Below, piece after piece: positions 11,901 to 21,274 of a stretch of DNA of 64,000 nt. The stretch is from a virus (lineage: Duplodnaviria; Caudoviricetes), in the IMG/VR virus record IMGVR_UViG_3300037424_000434, positions 128,001 to 192,000 of that record. One strand, given 5' to 3'. The first letter of the stretch is position 1. Every line of letters starts with the position of its first letter. The notes beneath the pieces are model-generated. The model had not been told where the DNA came from, made no database searches, and saw only the letters and a program-made list of their open reading frames with translations. The position numbers and the translations under genes were made by a program.

Positions 11901-12783
11901 GGGTACCTCATATGTTAGAGTGGGTTGTTTGATTAATAGAGAGGCTGGCACCGAAACCTCTTATATGAAAGATATGAAATTATATAATATAACTAACCCC
12001 GGACAACACACAGACTTTCCCTTTAATCAGAATGTATTTTTGGATACAGGGGAAGTAGGGACAAATGAAATATCTGAGGTAGGGATAATGGATAGTTTAT
12101 TTGGATATTGGCCGTTAAACGGTACCGCCGAGGATTTTAGTTCCAATAAATATGATGGGGTTATATATGGACCAACCGTGTCTTATGGTCTAGGTGGGGC
12201 CAGTTGTTATAGCTTCAATGGTACTTCTGATTATATGGTAATAAATGATGTTATAGATTTGTCCAGTCAAGTTTTTACCATGTCTGTATGGTTCAACAAA
12301 AAAGGAGCAGGTGGTGCTTTTGAGTGTGTATTGCATAAAAGCGCAGACAATACCATAGGTAACAGCGACTTTTGGTTGGGAGTGAATTCTACTGACAACA
12401 TAACAGCTACCATTGGTGCAGGTACTGGTGTTGGTTTTGCCGCAGGAACAACAACAACCTTGGCGATTCTTGATACATGGTATCATGTGTGCGCTACATG
12501 GGATGGGGGTGTTGTTAGGGTGTATATAAACGGGATAGAAGAAATTACATATTCTCTCAATACTATAATGAATGTATCTGCTGTTACCAGAATAGGATCA
12601 TCTGACACAGGATCTACGTATCAGTTCAACGGGCTAGTGCAGGATGTTAGATTATACAATAAATGTCTCACGTTAGAGCAGGTTAATACGGTATATAAGT
12701 TATTGTCACCTCATACAACAAGTAAAATGCAATTAAATGACACCACTTTAGGGTTGTGTGGAGAAGTTAAGGAGATTTATTAA
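8929..12783 (+). CDS. Multi-LamG-domain tail adhesin
   Basis: Three LamG-like units (LVGWWKLDG...LNDVRIYD; WFHLAF...LDDIRIY; GYWPLNG...VQDVRLYN). 1284 aa. Confidence 0.75.
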   Translation: MSLVGWWKLDGDFDDYSVYGNHGTTVGSFADGKIGQCVNFASTTGSVIGNVDTLGLPTMTQNLTISFWVYPDSFPVSPSRHGIMQTAYGAEFAINITSIGSVQYYSGTSGGRITPFQVVTATSMLEVGKWQHVTVVRDITNKTIEFFKNGVSFVSHTWASPYYPAAQAVGYPLVLGWSYVGALVGKLNDVRIYDHAMSLREVKELAKTKMLHYKFNDFQEPTINEFDESVMVNSTYDGPGDIQIGELDAFGGTDNVVRRITGKVRFGNSVGVDVGTLYQGSTYTFSVYLRKVLGEIEPSGTFEFDICDLVDEVNFAGSLVDNLTYDWRRFAVTAYHDTNIAHHFTDIGEYLGTGVWEWCCAQIENKDHATPFVNIHNSRDGVIGDCSDYGRHAYSIIDNSYSYKIDHVDQYGTWLKIFNHESLINTNLFASAAEASYNDPNNPESNKFSILSQIPSFVRKDGKYKFKLSYPDVDVTNIWYQTNDPNIDGVYAVSGYEAISIDSTVQSWYGLARSSVPTTTYMDGCDGVSWWWSVGQITAYGGSSGGNPGPGVAVNKTELYICVENTSAFNAFPQWVSDGKTGGGCYRFDGIHRIVTNRIFMDTNIQSWTAAAWVKLDVNNTTQRLVDFNLGNNIIRGGTTKALLYINDGVNDAYTYSTGAMPVGEWFHLAFVLNTDTIRCQIYLNGSLHGSSANYAGTETPAGFVNSTIFGDWVQGQLDDIRIYATDLSSEDILELYQTKQSLDDVGNLYMNELVENTYWDEGIDNTNLLYNGDASVGDNSNFSPLTYYSPEKCFTYTSASSQWISNYYIPVIGNGVDTFDQYMLSGFFKQPTGTMSKFYYMIVCYDKDKNFIDHTRVAFYPNTQTVTTQTINNGDEYVYVDDLTNWYDDGLDGYVHQKTFACWPIGVAEYPPFTYSRHVNLVRFVDKTLNRLRLNTVWSGGTVPIGSPVTNSYSGSIYSYIAASNALMTPDWVYYSGSTYASAHIVGMRAGTSYVRVGCLINREAGTETSYMKDMKLYNITNPGQHTDFPFNQNVFLDTGEVGTNEISEVGIMDSLFGYWPLNGTAEDFSSNKYDGVIYGPTVSYGLGGASCYSFNGTSDYMVINDVIDLSSQVFTMSVWFNKKGAGGAFECVLHKSADNTIGNSDFWLGVNSTDNITATIGAGTGVGFAAGTTTTLAILDTWYHVCATWDGGVVRVYINGIEEITYSLNTIMNVSAVTRIGSSDTGSTYQFNGLVQDVRLYNKCLTLEQVNTVYKLLSPHTTSKMQLNDTTLGLCGEVKEIY

Positions 12784-14441
12784 TGGCAAAATTGTCCAGT
12801 ACAGAGGTATTCGGTACATTAAAAGTAAATTCAACCGCCACAATACTTGGGTCGGTCACGGCTTCTTCTTTTATAGGTGACGTGACGGGGAACGTGACAA
12901 GCGCAGATGCGATAAATGTTGTTGACGAAAGCGTTGATACCGCATGTTATCTTATATACACAACAAGCGCGACAGGAACATTGCAACCAAAATCAGGAAC
13001 AAATATTTTGTTTGATTCTGCTAGCGGGATACTGTATACAAGTACAGTGTCTGTTACGGGACAATTAAAATCAACTGTTGCAATAGGTACTGCTCCATTG
13101 ACGGTCACATCAACAACACTTGTATCTAATCTTAACGCCGATTATCTTGACAGTTTACACTCAACATCTTTTCTTCGGAGTGATGTAGATACAACTTTCA
13201 CGGGGCCTGCTCTTACCGTAAACAATAGCATTGTTCTAACCAATCCAAATAATACAGCAGCACTTATGTCGCTTAACTGGTTAAGTGATAACCCCAGAAT
13301 ATGCATTGGCGGAATTGGTACAGGTTCAGCCGGAACATTCAAAATCCAAGGCATCTCAGATACCGATAGGTTTACTGTTGATAGTACAGGTGGAGCCAAA
13401 GTATTTGGGATACTAACTGTTGGTAATTCGACAGCAAGTCATATTTATATGACGGATACTGATAACACAACTCGCGTTATACACTGCAATTCAAATCAAA
13501 TTGGTTTTTTAACCTCTACAGCCTCATGGGGTTCTTATTGTGACAACGCAGGCAACTGGATATCCGTTGGATACGTACAAGGTACCAAATTTGAAGCAAC
13601 AACAACCCCCGACAATAACACCCCCACAGCAAATACCTCTAAATTTGATGGTTATGGGATAATAGGCAACCGCACGGCAATATATGTCACAAATGCGGGG
13701 GGAGATATAAGATTGGGCACGGGGTCGGTTCACGGAGCAGCGACCACCGCATTGATTACAAGCACTGGCGTTACTATAACAGGAACCCAAGTGGTATCCT
13801 CTAATTCTTATCTACAAGGCGCACAGACAGAGATTGGTACGTCCACCACTCAAGGCATATTAAAGCTATGGGGAGCAACACCGGGGAAATACGCTCAAAT
13901 CCATGTTTCTACAGGTAACCTATATATTGACTCTGATTCCGTGGGTGCTTTGTATTTAAACTATATCAGGGGTGGTGCGATATATTTTGGTAATGGTGCC
14001 AGTGGCACTAATGCTAACGTTAGCTCGGCGGGAGTGTTTACTGGAACAGGGTTTGTTGGTCCATTGACTGGCACCGCTTCAGTAGCAACAACGGTCACTG
14101 TTGCTGATGAAAGCGCCGATACAACATGCTATCCTTTATATGTTACAGCGGCCACGGGAGATTTGGCACCAAAGTCTGGTTCTAATTTAACGTTTGATTC
14201 CAGTACGGGGCGATTAACAGCGGTTAGTTTAGGCGTCACAAATATTGTGACGAATAAAATAGTTAAATTCGGGGGTGTTATTCTCGACGACAGTATCATG
14301 TCGGATGACGGAACTACTGTATCGGTATCCGGTACCTTGCAGTCAAAAAAATACACTGGAACGGAGTCAACAGGAACAACAGCCAAATTTGAGATGGTGT
14401 GGAATGACACAGAAAATTCAATAGATTTTAATTTTATATAA
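12783..14441 (+). CDS. Tail fibre shaft-like protein (paralog of 7237..8919)
   Basis: Shares two near-identical DNA modules and the DFNFI C-terminus with 7237..8919; internal repeat xDESxDTxCY. Confidence 0.65.
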   Translation: MAKLSSTEVFGTLKVNSTATILGSVTASSFIGDVTGNVTSADAINVVDESVDTACYLIYTTSATGTLQPKSGTNILFDSASGILYTSTVSVTGQLKSTVAIGTAPLTVTSTTLVSNLNADYLDSLHSTSFLRSDVDTTFTGPALTVNNSIVLTNPNNTAALMSLNWLSDNPRICIGGIGTGSAGTFKIQGISDTDRFTVDSTGGAKVFGILTVGNSTASHIYMTDTDNTTRVIHCNSNQIGFLTSTASWGSYCDNAGNWISVGYVQGTKFEATTTPDNNTPTANTSKFDGYGIIGNRTAIYVTNAGGDIRLGTGSVHGAATTALITSTGVTITGTQVVSSNSYLQGAQTEIGTSTTQGILKLWGATPGKYAQIHVSTGNLYIDSDSVGALYLNYIRGGAIYFGNGASGTNANVSSAGVFTGTGFVGPLTGTASVATTVTVADESADTTCYPLYVTAATGDLAPKSGSNLTFDSSTGRLTAVSLGVTNIVTNKIVKFGGVILDDSIMSDDGTTVSVSGTLQSKKYTGTESTGTTAKFEMVWNDTENSIDFNFI

Positions 14442-14450
14442 GGACTATTA

Positions 14451-17400
14451 ATGGCGACAAAAGCGAGACTAAATGATGAGGGTTTATTGCTTTCTGGAGA
14501 AATCGATGAAAGGTTACCTAGTGTTACATCAAATCTAACCACACATTTCCCCTTTGATGATACGGTACAGTCATCGACCGGAAAAAATATTATTGACTAT
14601 TCGACATGGGTTATTGGTAGCTCTGGTTCACAAACGGGATTCACCCAGAATGGCGAAACTGGGTGCAATTCTATAATATATGACACCGATCCTTTTGGTA
14701 ATAACACTGCTATATGGAGATCTCTAAACAATGATGTAACGAGTGATGCCGATGGTGGATGGATTTCGTTATATTACGCTACAGATCCAACCCAAATGTA
14801 TAGATTTTCTGTTTGGATTCAAAGGAGAGTTTTGGGCAATGGAACATATTATTTTGGTTTATATGGTGGGGGAGCGCCGGTTCTGTACAGGTCTACAGGG
14901 GTAGAAAACACCAACCCCTATTTTAGGGTAGCTTCTGGTACAGAGATATTAGGTGACTGGTTTTTGGTGGTAGGTCACGTGTGGCCTGCTGGTTCGGGTA
15001 CAGGAGACATGCATGTTGACACTGGTGTATACACCAAAGAAGGAGTTAAACTTTCTTCTGCGACCGACTATGTTTCTCAAGCAGGAACAACTTCGTTGCG
15101 CTCTAGATCATATTTATATTATTCAACCGACCCAACAACAGAACAATTGTGGGTTTATCCGAGAATGGATTTGTGTGACGGGTCAGAGCCTACTATTCAA
15201 GATCTTATTACAGGGTCTAATGGGGACGGCAGTATATCCAATCCAACTACCAATGATAATAATACCATAACACAGAATGGGTTATCAGTAGAAGAATTAA
15301 CAGATAATATAATCCCACTTTCAGTAAACAGAACATTTAGTGGTGGGAACACTCACGGAACTTTTTCCACGGGTACAACGTATAACAATAATGTACCATA
15401 TGTTATCGGAACAATTGATAATATAACAGACAATATAGTAACGCTTGTGACAGTTGATCACCCTCTTTATACGTATGATGTTGTTCATCCAACAACAACG
15501 GGAGGTGGATTAACAGCCAATACTGATTATTTCATAAAAAGATTGACCACAAATTCATTTACAATACATGAATACAACGCTTCACAGGACGGAAGTCAGG
15601 GATATGTTGTTGCCGGTGGGGGATTCAAAGTACATGAATCAATTTGGTCTGATACAAGAGTTTCGATCAACGCAACTAGTTTTCCGACAACATGGGCGGG
15701 TTCAGCGCATAAATCGAATATGGGTTTGGTCAAAGAGATCATTCCCAGAGGATTTAATTTCAACGGCCAATATTATGATCATTTAAGATTGCATACCGAG
15801 CATCGTAAACCAGAAGGACAGACCGTGAACTATATGGCGTATGGAGTTTTGACTCCAGTAACAGTGGGATTGGCTTATTCGTGGAGTTTTTGGGCGAGAG
15901 CGGCCACACCTGAATCTATTGGTGGTACTATTTGGTTGAATCTATACACTGCTGGGTCTTATTGGACAGGAGGTGGTGTGAGCATGACATTAACAGATGA
16001 ATGGCAACAATATCGTCTTGAAGGACTAATTGCTCCCGCGACAGGGGTGACCCTTATGTATTTTCCTTCAGCCCCGGCATACAACACTGTTGATATCGCA
16101 TGTCTCCAATGTGAGCAAAAAACTTTTTCAACATCTTTTGTTGATGGATCTAGAGCTGAAGGAGATTTTCAGTTAACCAATGTTTTGAATCCTAACAAGG
16201 GGACCGTTGTTGTTGACGTAACTTTTCACGAAGACAACACCGTGAACGGGTTACAGGGAGCGGATCAATATTGTTTTGGTAATGGCGTTGATTGGGATAC
16301 AGCAAATTGTTTTCAGTTTCATGATACGGATTGGTGGTACATAAGAGACAATGCCAATACTATATATAACCTGACTATGTATAATGAGATAATCAGAAAT
16401 GAACGAGTGCAAGTTGCTCTTGTTTATGATGACACTGATGGTACTATGGATATTTATAGAAATGGCATATTGAATACTTCTGGTGCAAAAATGACCGGGT
16501 TTATAGGAAAACTTGGCTCTTTGGGTACTAATTGGACACATTCAGGGGTCAACACGTTAACCACCTATAAAATGTGCCAAACGATTCATGGTCTAAGTTT
16601 TTATGATGAGCCATTAACATCCACTCAGATAAAAAGTTTATATGATGGGTTTTCTATCTCACAGGAAGGTAACGTCATAGAAGATGGAGTGAAAGAAAGA
16701 CCTTTGACCCCAGTGGATGGATATTTCTTTCCATTTGGTTTTGATGCAAAAGATGAGCGTGAAACCTTTGATGCATATGAGCAGACTAATGTTGTCTATG
16801 AAGATGGTGCTGTATTTATTGGTACCGGAACCGTAAACGAATATGTATATCCAACGTTTAACATCGCTGCTGCATCCGGGGGTTGGTTGCATTGGGGAGC
16901 GACCGGAAGTAGTGGGTCTTATGGGCAGAACACAGCTCCTCGGTATATATTCAATCCATATCAACCATACTCTCATTGGATCACAAACGCTATTGCGGCT
17001 ACTGGGAATTATTTGTTATATCAAGCTCCTGCTGTGGGTGATACCGATAGATCATTACAGTTGATTTGTTGTAGAAGTGATTTTGGTGTGATAGATGAGA
17101 GTGTTACCTTTCCAGCATGGAATGCTGCGTCCGGGGGCATTCCTAGTGGTACATGGACATCAATAAATCATCTTGGTAATGGGTTTTATTTATGTAAAGC
17201 CGAAGGTATACAACAAAATGGAACGAATGACTTGGTGGGGGTATATGTAAAACCCGGTTATACAGTGTATTATACACAAGTTCAGCTTGAACAAACGGCA
17301 TATTCAACACCCTTTGTTGACGGGACAAGAGGGGAAGGATCTCTCCTCCTCCCATATGAAGTGGTTGATTGTAAGACAGATTTTACCGTCTATGGGTTCT

Positions 17401-17900
17401 GGAAACCCCCAGTGTATGCGGATGGGGTGTATAGACCATGTATTACAAGAAATATACCAAATGCGGATAGTTTATATAATAGAATTTTAATCATGGGCGC
17501 GGGAACGTATTCTAGTAGGCTTGCATGTTGGCATGGATCTAACGGGGTGGATGAATCGTTGGTATATGCGCCTACGGAGATACCGGTGGTGGCAGGAGAA
17601 TGGAATTTTTTTGCACTGGTTAGATCCAGCACCATGATGTATCTATACATAGGCAATTCTGGTGGATTTGGTGTGGGTACTTCAGTCACAGCATATCAGT
17701 TAGATGGAGATGAAACAGGGCAGTATTGGCATATAGGAGAATATTCTAATCATGAATCCAATGCTTTTCATAGGGATTACTGTTTTGTTCAAAGAGCGTT
17801 ATCATCTATTGAAATAGAAACGATATTCAGGACTCGCATGAGAAGCACAGATAATGAGATAAATATAAGTAATCAGGTAATCGAAGGAGTAACGTTGTAA
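14451..17900 (+). CDS. Multi-domain tail adhesin with LamG/carbohydrate-binding-like modules
   Basis: Trp/Tyr-rich beta-sandwich-like segments; repeated QxEQxxxxTxFVDGxR motif; LamG-like WNFFALVR...FVQRALS C-terminus. Confidence 0.6.
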   Translation: MATKARLNDEGLLLSGEIDERLPSVTSNLTTHFPFDDTVQSSTGKNIIDYSTWVIGSSGSQTGFTQNGETGCNSIIYDTDPFGNNTAIWRSLNNDVTSDADGGWISLYYATDPTQMYRFSVWIQRRVLGNGTYYFGLYGGGAPVLYRSTGVENTNPYFRVASGTEILGDWFLVVGHVWPAGSGTGDMHVDTGVYTKEGVKLSSATDYVSQAGTTSLRSRSYLYYSTDPTTEQLWVYPRMDLCDGSEPTIQDLITGSNGDGSISNPTTNDNNTITQNGLSVEELTDNIIPLSVNRTFSGGNTHGTFSTGTTYNNNVPYVIGTIDNITDNIVTLVTVDHPLYTYDVVHPTTTGGGLTANTDYFIKRLTTNSFTIHEYNASQDGSQGYVVAGGGFKVHESIWSDTRVSINATSFPTTWAGSAHKSNMGLVKEIIPRGFNFNGQYYDHLRLHTEHRKPEGQTVNYMAYGVLTPVTVGLAYSWSFWARAATPESIGGTIWLNLYTAGSYWTGGGVSMTLTDEWQQYRLEGLIAPATGVTLMYFPSAPAYNTVDIACLQCEQKTFSTSFVDGSRAEGDFQLTNVLNPNKGTVVVDVTFHEDNTVNGLQGADQYCFGNGVDWDTANCFQFHDTDWWYIRDNANTIYNLTMYNEIIRNERVQVALVYDDTDGTMDIYRNGILNTSGAKMTGFIGKLGSLGTNWTHSGVNTLTTYKMCQTIHGLSFYDEPLTSTQIKSLYDGFSISQEGNVIEDGVKERPLTPVDGYFFPFGFDAKDERETFDAYEQTNVVYEDGAVFIGTGTVNEYVYPTFNIAAASGGWLHWGATGSSGSYGQNTAPRYIFNPYQPYSHWITNAIAATGNYLLYQAPAVGDTDRSLQLICCRSDFGVIDESVTFPAWNAASGGIPSGTWTSINHLGNGFYLCKAEGIQQNGTNDLVGVYVKPGYTVYYTQVQLEQTAYSTPFVDGTRGEGSLLLPYEVVDCKTDFTVYGFWKPPVYADGVYRPCITRNIPNADSLYNRILIMGAGTYSSRLACWHGSNGVDESLVYAPTEIPVVAGEWNFFALVRSSTMMYLYIGNSGGFGVGTSVTAYQLDGDETGQYWHIGEYSNHESNAFHRDYCFVQRALSSIEIETIFRTRMRSTDNEINISNQVIEGVTL

Positions 17901-19075
17901 TGGGCAAATTAAGAGGTGGAACGACCATAGGTGGGCACATTGCTTCTCATTATGGGAATTTATCTGACCAGTTGGCTTTACTTGAACGCATAACAACGAT
18001 CAGCCAGTCAACATATGTGGGTACAGGTGCGGGTAACACGACAGCCACAGGGGTGGACAATACGTTTGTTGGATATGGTGTTGGTACAGGTCTTACCACG
18101 GGCGGTCAGAACGTATGCATTGGTACCAGTGCTGGCGCTGCTATCGGGGCATCAAGAAGAAATGTTATAATAGGAGTTGAGGCAGGTAGTGCTTTGGCAG
18201 CCGCAGACTATTCTGTTATAATAGGATATCAAGCCGCCAATATATTAAATCCTACTCTAGGACAGTCAATATATATTGGATACGGTGCTGGTATAGCAAA
18301 CGTTACAGGGGAGCGTAACTGCTTCGTTGGATATGAAACAGGGTATACCACAACGGTAGGATATAATACATTTCTGGGTAATAATGCTGGTAGAGAGAAT
18401 ACAACAGGAACACCAAATGTATATGTAGGATATTGTGCAGGTGAACATAACACAACAGGGGCGCGTAACACCTACATTGGGTATACTGCTGGAGCTAGTC
18501 TTACTGTGGGATCAGGTGACGATGGAGTTTTGGTTGGATATAACTCCGGGGTTGCGTTAACAACGGGGTCAAAAAATGTTTGTATTGGATCATATGCCGG
18601 TGATAATATAACTTCAGGGGGATATAATATATGTATTGGGTATCAAGCGCGTCCATTATCGGCAACAACCACAAATCAATGTATAATAGGTGGCACAGAC
18701 GAGAATGTTGTCAAAGTCGGTATTGGAGGACAAAATAATCCAACAGAATCCCTAGATGTTATTGGTGGTATAAAATTCACAGCGTCTATGACAGAAGGGG
18801 TGTATGATCTTACGGGTACTGCCTTAAATCCAGACTATGGAACAGTTCAATCCAAAACATTAACCGGAGCAACCACCTTTACTGATAGCTTAACTACAGG
18901 AAAAAGCATGACGTTATCGACAACAGGGGCTTCCGCTTATGTTTTAACGTGGCCTACTATGACATGGGTTACTAATACAGGAAATACCGCACCAACCATC
19001 ACAGCCAAAGACACATTTGTTTTCTGGAAGATAGGTACGACCTTGTACGGAGCCTATGTGGGGAGTTATGTATAA
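17900..19075 (+). CDS. Tail fibre protein with NxFxGxxAG (YadA-head-like) repeats
   Basis: Many ~14-aa N-[TV]-x-[IV]-G-x-x-AG repeats; C-terminal WPTMTW...FVFWKIGTTLYG fibre tip domain. Confidence 0.65.
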   Translation: MGKLRGGTTIGGHIASHYGNLSDQLALLERITTISQSTYVGTGAGNTTATGVDNTFVGYGVGTGLTTGGQNVCIGTSAGAAIGASRRNVIIGVEAGSALAAADYSVIIGYQAANILNPTLGQSIYIGYGAGIANVTGERNCFVGYETGYTTTVGYNTFLGNNAGRENTTGTPNVYVGYCAGEHNTTGARNTYIGYTAGASLTVGSGDDGVLVGYNSGVALTTGSKNVCIGSYAGDNITSGGYNICIGYQARPLSATTTNQCIIGGTDENVVKVGIGGQNNPTESLDVIGGIKFTASMTEGVYDLTGTALNPDYGTVQSKTLTGATTFTDSLTTGKSMTLSTTGASAYVLTWPTMTWVTNTGNTAPTITAKDTFVFWKIGTTLYGAYVGSYV

Positions 19076-19977
19076 TGTTATCTACTAGGTTTAAAATGGG
19101 GAGCAACAAATCTCCCATTGAAATTTCGGGAGATTTGTTATGGACATTAGATAATCCAAATGCTTATTCAACCCCTGTCAATGATTGGTTTGGGTTTTCG
19201 GTTGGTATAAGTGAATCATATGCGATTGTTGGTGCATATACAGAAGATGATGCCGGGGGCACCGAGTCAGGAAAAGCTTATATATTCGATAATACTACAG
19301 GAGCATTATTATGGACGTTAAATAATCCAAATGCGTATTCAACCTCTACAGGAGATTGGTTCGGTTCTTCGGTTGGTATAAGTGAAACATATGCAATTGT
19401 TGGTGCCTATACAGAAGATGATGCTGGCGGTACTAATTCGGGTAAAGCTTATATCTTTAATCCTGCTACTGGATCATTATTATGGACGTTAAACGATCCA
19501 AATGCTTACGGTACCTCTGCTGGTGATTGGTTTGGGTATTCGGTTGCTATAAGTGAATCATATGCAATTGTTGGGGCATATTTTGAAGACGATGCCGGGG
19601 GCACCGAGTCAGGAAAAGCTTATATATTTAATCCAGCTACAGGAGCATTATTATGGACATTAGACAATCCAAATGCTTATGACACGTCTTCTTACGATTA
19701 CTTTGGTTATTCGGTTGGTATAAGTGAATCATATGCAATTGTTAGTGCATATGGTGAAGATGAGGGGGCAGATGAAGATTCAGGAAAAGCTTATATATTT
19801 AATCCAGCTACAGGAGCATTATTATGGACATTAGATAATCCAAATGCGTATTCAACCTCTACAGGAGACTGGTTCGGTTCTTCAGTTGGTATAAGCGAAT
19901 CACATGCAATTGTTGGGGCAAAGTTTGAAGATGATGCTGGGGGTACCGACTCAGGAAAAGCTTACATATTTATATAA
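19075..19977 (+). CDS. FG-GAP (integrin-alpha-type beta-propeller) repeat protein
   Basis: Five 57-aa repeats with FGxSV...AIVGA...SGKAYIF, the FG-GAP signature; 171-bp DNA periodicity. Confidence 0.85.
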   Translation: MLSTRFKMGSNKSPIEISGDLLWTLDNPNAYSTPVNDWFGFSVGISESYAIVGAYTEDDAGGTESGKAYIFDNTTGALLWTLNNPNAYSTSTGDWFGSSVGISETYAIVGAYTEDDAGGTNSGKAYIFNPATGSLLWTLNDPNAYGTSAGDWFGYSVAISESYAIVGAYFEDDAGGTESGKAYIFNPATGALLWTLDNPNAYDTSSYDYFGYSVGISESYAIVSAYGEDEGADEDSGKAYIFNPATGALLWTLDNPNAYSTSTGDWFGSSVGISESHAIVGAKFEDDAGGTDSGKAYIFI

Positions 19978-19996
19978 AAAGGAGAAAATAAAAACA

Positions 19997-20632
19997 ATGT
20001 TATATGCAAAGATAAAAAATGGGTTGATTGAAAAATTTCCCTATACAATACAAAATTTAAGAGAAGATTATCCCAATGTTTCGTTTCCAGCCAAACCTGC
20101 GAGAGACATACTCGCTGAATACAATATGGTTGAAATTGCACAAGAAGAGATGCCATTGTTTGACCCGTTTACCCAGTATGTGGTTAGTTCGAACGAGCCG
20201 GTATATGTTGGGGATCGCTGGGTAATGGGCAAATCTGTCATAGACAAAACTCCCGAACAGGTGGCACAGCAAGTAAAAGGGGCCAGCACTGGTATGGTAA
20301 GTAAAGCGTGGACCAGCGCGCTTGAAGCTGGTTATGATAACGGTGAATTTGTTATGCAGTGTGATAAACAAGATTATGAAATGATGAATGATGGGCTTAG
20401 TTTGTTTTTGGTCACTTCTGTAGACCAAGGGGGAGCGGGTGGTTTGGATCAAACAACCACTATAGTCAGAGACAAAAATAATATCGGGCACGAAATGACG
20501 ATTGAAGCTGCTTTGAATTTGGCATTAGAGATGAAGATATATTATTGGAGACTGTGGTCTCGAAAAGGGATGTATCGCGATGCCCTTAACGCATGTACCA
20601 CAAGAGAAGAGATGGATTTGGTTGTATTCTAA
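19997..20632 (+). CDS. Putative tail fibre assembly/chaperone protein
   Basis: Start reassigned to the ATG after AGGAG. Last gene of the fibre cluster; C-terminal RDKNNIGHEMT...ALNACTTREEMDLVVF resembles DUF4376-type fibre assembly proteins. Confidence 0.5.
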   Translation: MLYAKIKNGLIEKFPYTIQNLREDYPNVSFPAKPARDILAEYNMVEIAQEEMPLFDPFTQYVVSSNEPVYVGDRWVMGKSVIDKTPEQVAQQVKGASTGMVSKAWTSALEAGYDNGEFVMQCDKQDYEMMNDGLSLFLVTSVDQGGAGGLDQTTTIVRDKNNIGHEMTIEAALNLALEMKIYYWRLWSRKGMYRDALNACTTREEMDLVVF

Positions 20633-20649
20633 TACAAAGTTTCTTTTTG

Positions 20650-20657
20650 TATAAATA
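20650..20657 (+). promoter_or_regulatory. T4-type late promoter TATAAATA
   Basis: Exact consensus upstream of the tail-completion operon. Confidence 0.7.
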
Positions 20658-20686
20658 CAATGAGTACATTATGTTGGGGGATATTC

Positions 20687-21274
20687 ATGCCAAATGCAAG
20701 CATAAAGTCGTTGGCTCAAAAGACAGGAAAATCTATAGCCGAAGTTGAGGCCAAATGGCGCGAAGCAAAGAAGGCCGCTGAAGGAGAAAAATCCAAGGGC
20801 GATGATGCTTTTTATGGCACAGCAATGATCATACTGAAACGGAAACTTGGAATCAAGGAGAGTCGTATGAAATTTGGCGATTACGTTAAGCCAACACTAA
20901 ACGAAGAAAAATTTAATGGACATATGGTAGCAGATAAAAAAACACTAGCTCTCATCAAACTTTTCCAAGGAAAAGAGAAAATCAAAGATCATAAAGATAT
21001 TCATTCATTGGCCGAGAAGCTTGGGATAAAAGAGCCAAGCGAACTTGAGGAAGTAGTGTATGCCATGCTTCAATCGTTTTGGTCAAAAGGACGTGCTATG
21101 GAAAAGGGTATGAACTTTAAATTAAATGATGAAGAAGTAAAGATGGGCGTCGAGGTTGAGATGGAGCATACTGATAATGAATTAATTGCTTATCGTATCG
21201 CATTGGATCATCTAGCGGAGTGTTCTGACTATTATACAAGATTAGCAAAGATGGAAATGGGATGTAAAGACTAA
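20687..21274 (+). CDS. Hypothetical protein with DUF5661-like C-terminal domain
   Basis: MGVEVEMEHTD...IALDHLAECSDYYTRLAKME motif; start placed after GGGGA. Confidence 0.6.
   Translation: MPNASIKSLAQKTGKSIAEVEAKWREAKKAAEGEKSKGDDAFYGTAMIILKRKLGIKESRMKFGDYVKPTLNEEKFNGHMVADKKTLALIKLFQGKEKIKDHKDIHSLAEKLGIKEPSELEEVVYAMLQSFWSKGRAMEKGMNFKLNDEEVKMGVEVEMEHTDNELIAYRIALDHLAECSDYYTRLAKMEMGCKD

Noticed and set aside
19075-19977. FG-GAP repeats as a DGR template/variable pair
   Set aside because: Differences between repeats involve all bases and mostly reflect ordinary tandem divergence; no reverse transcriptase is in the window.
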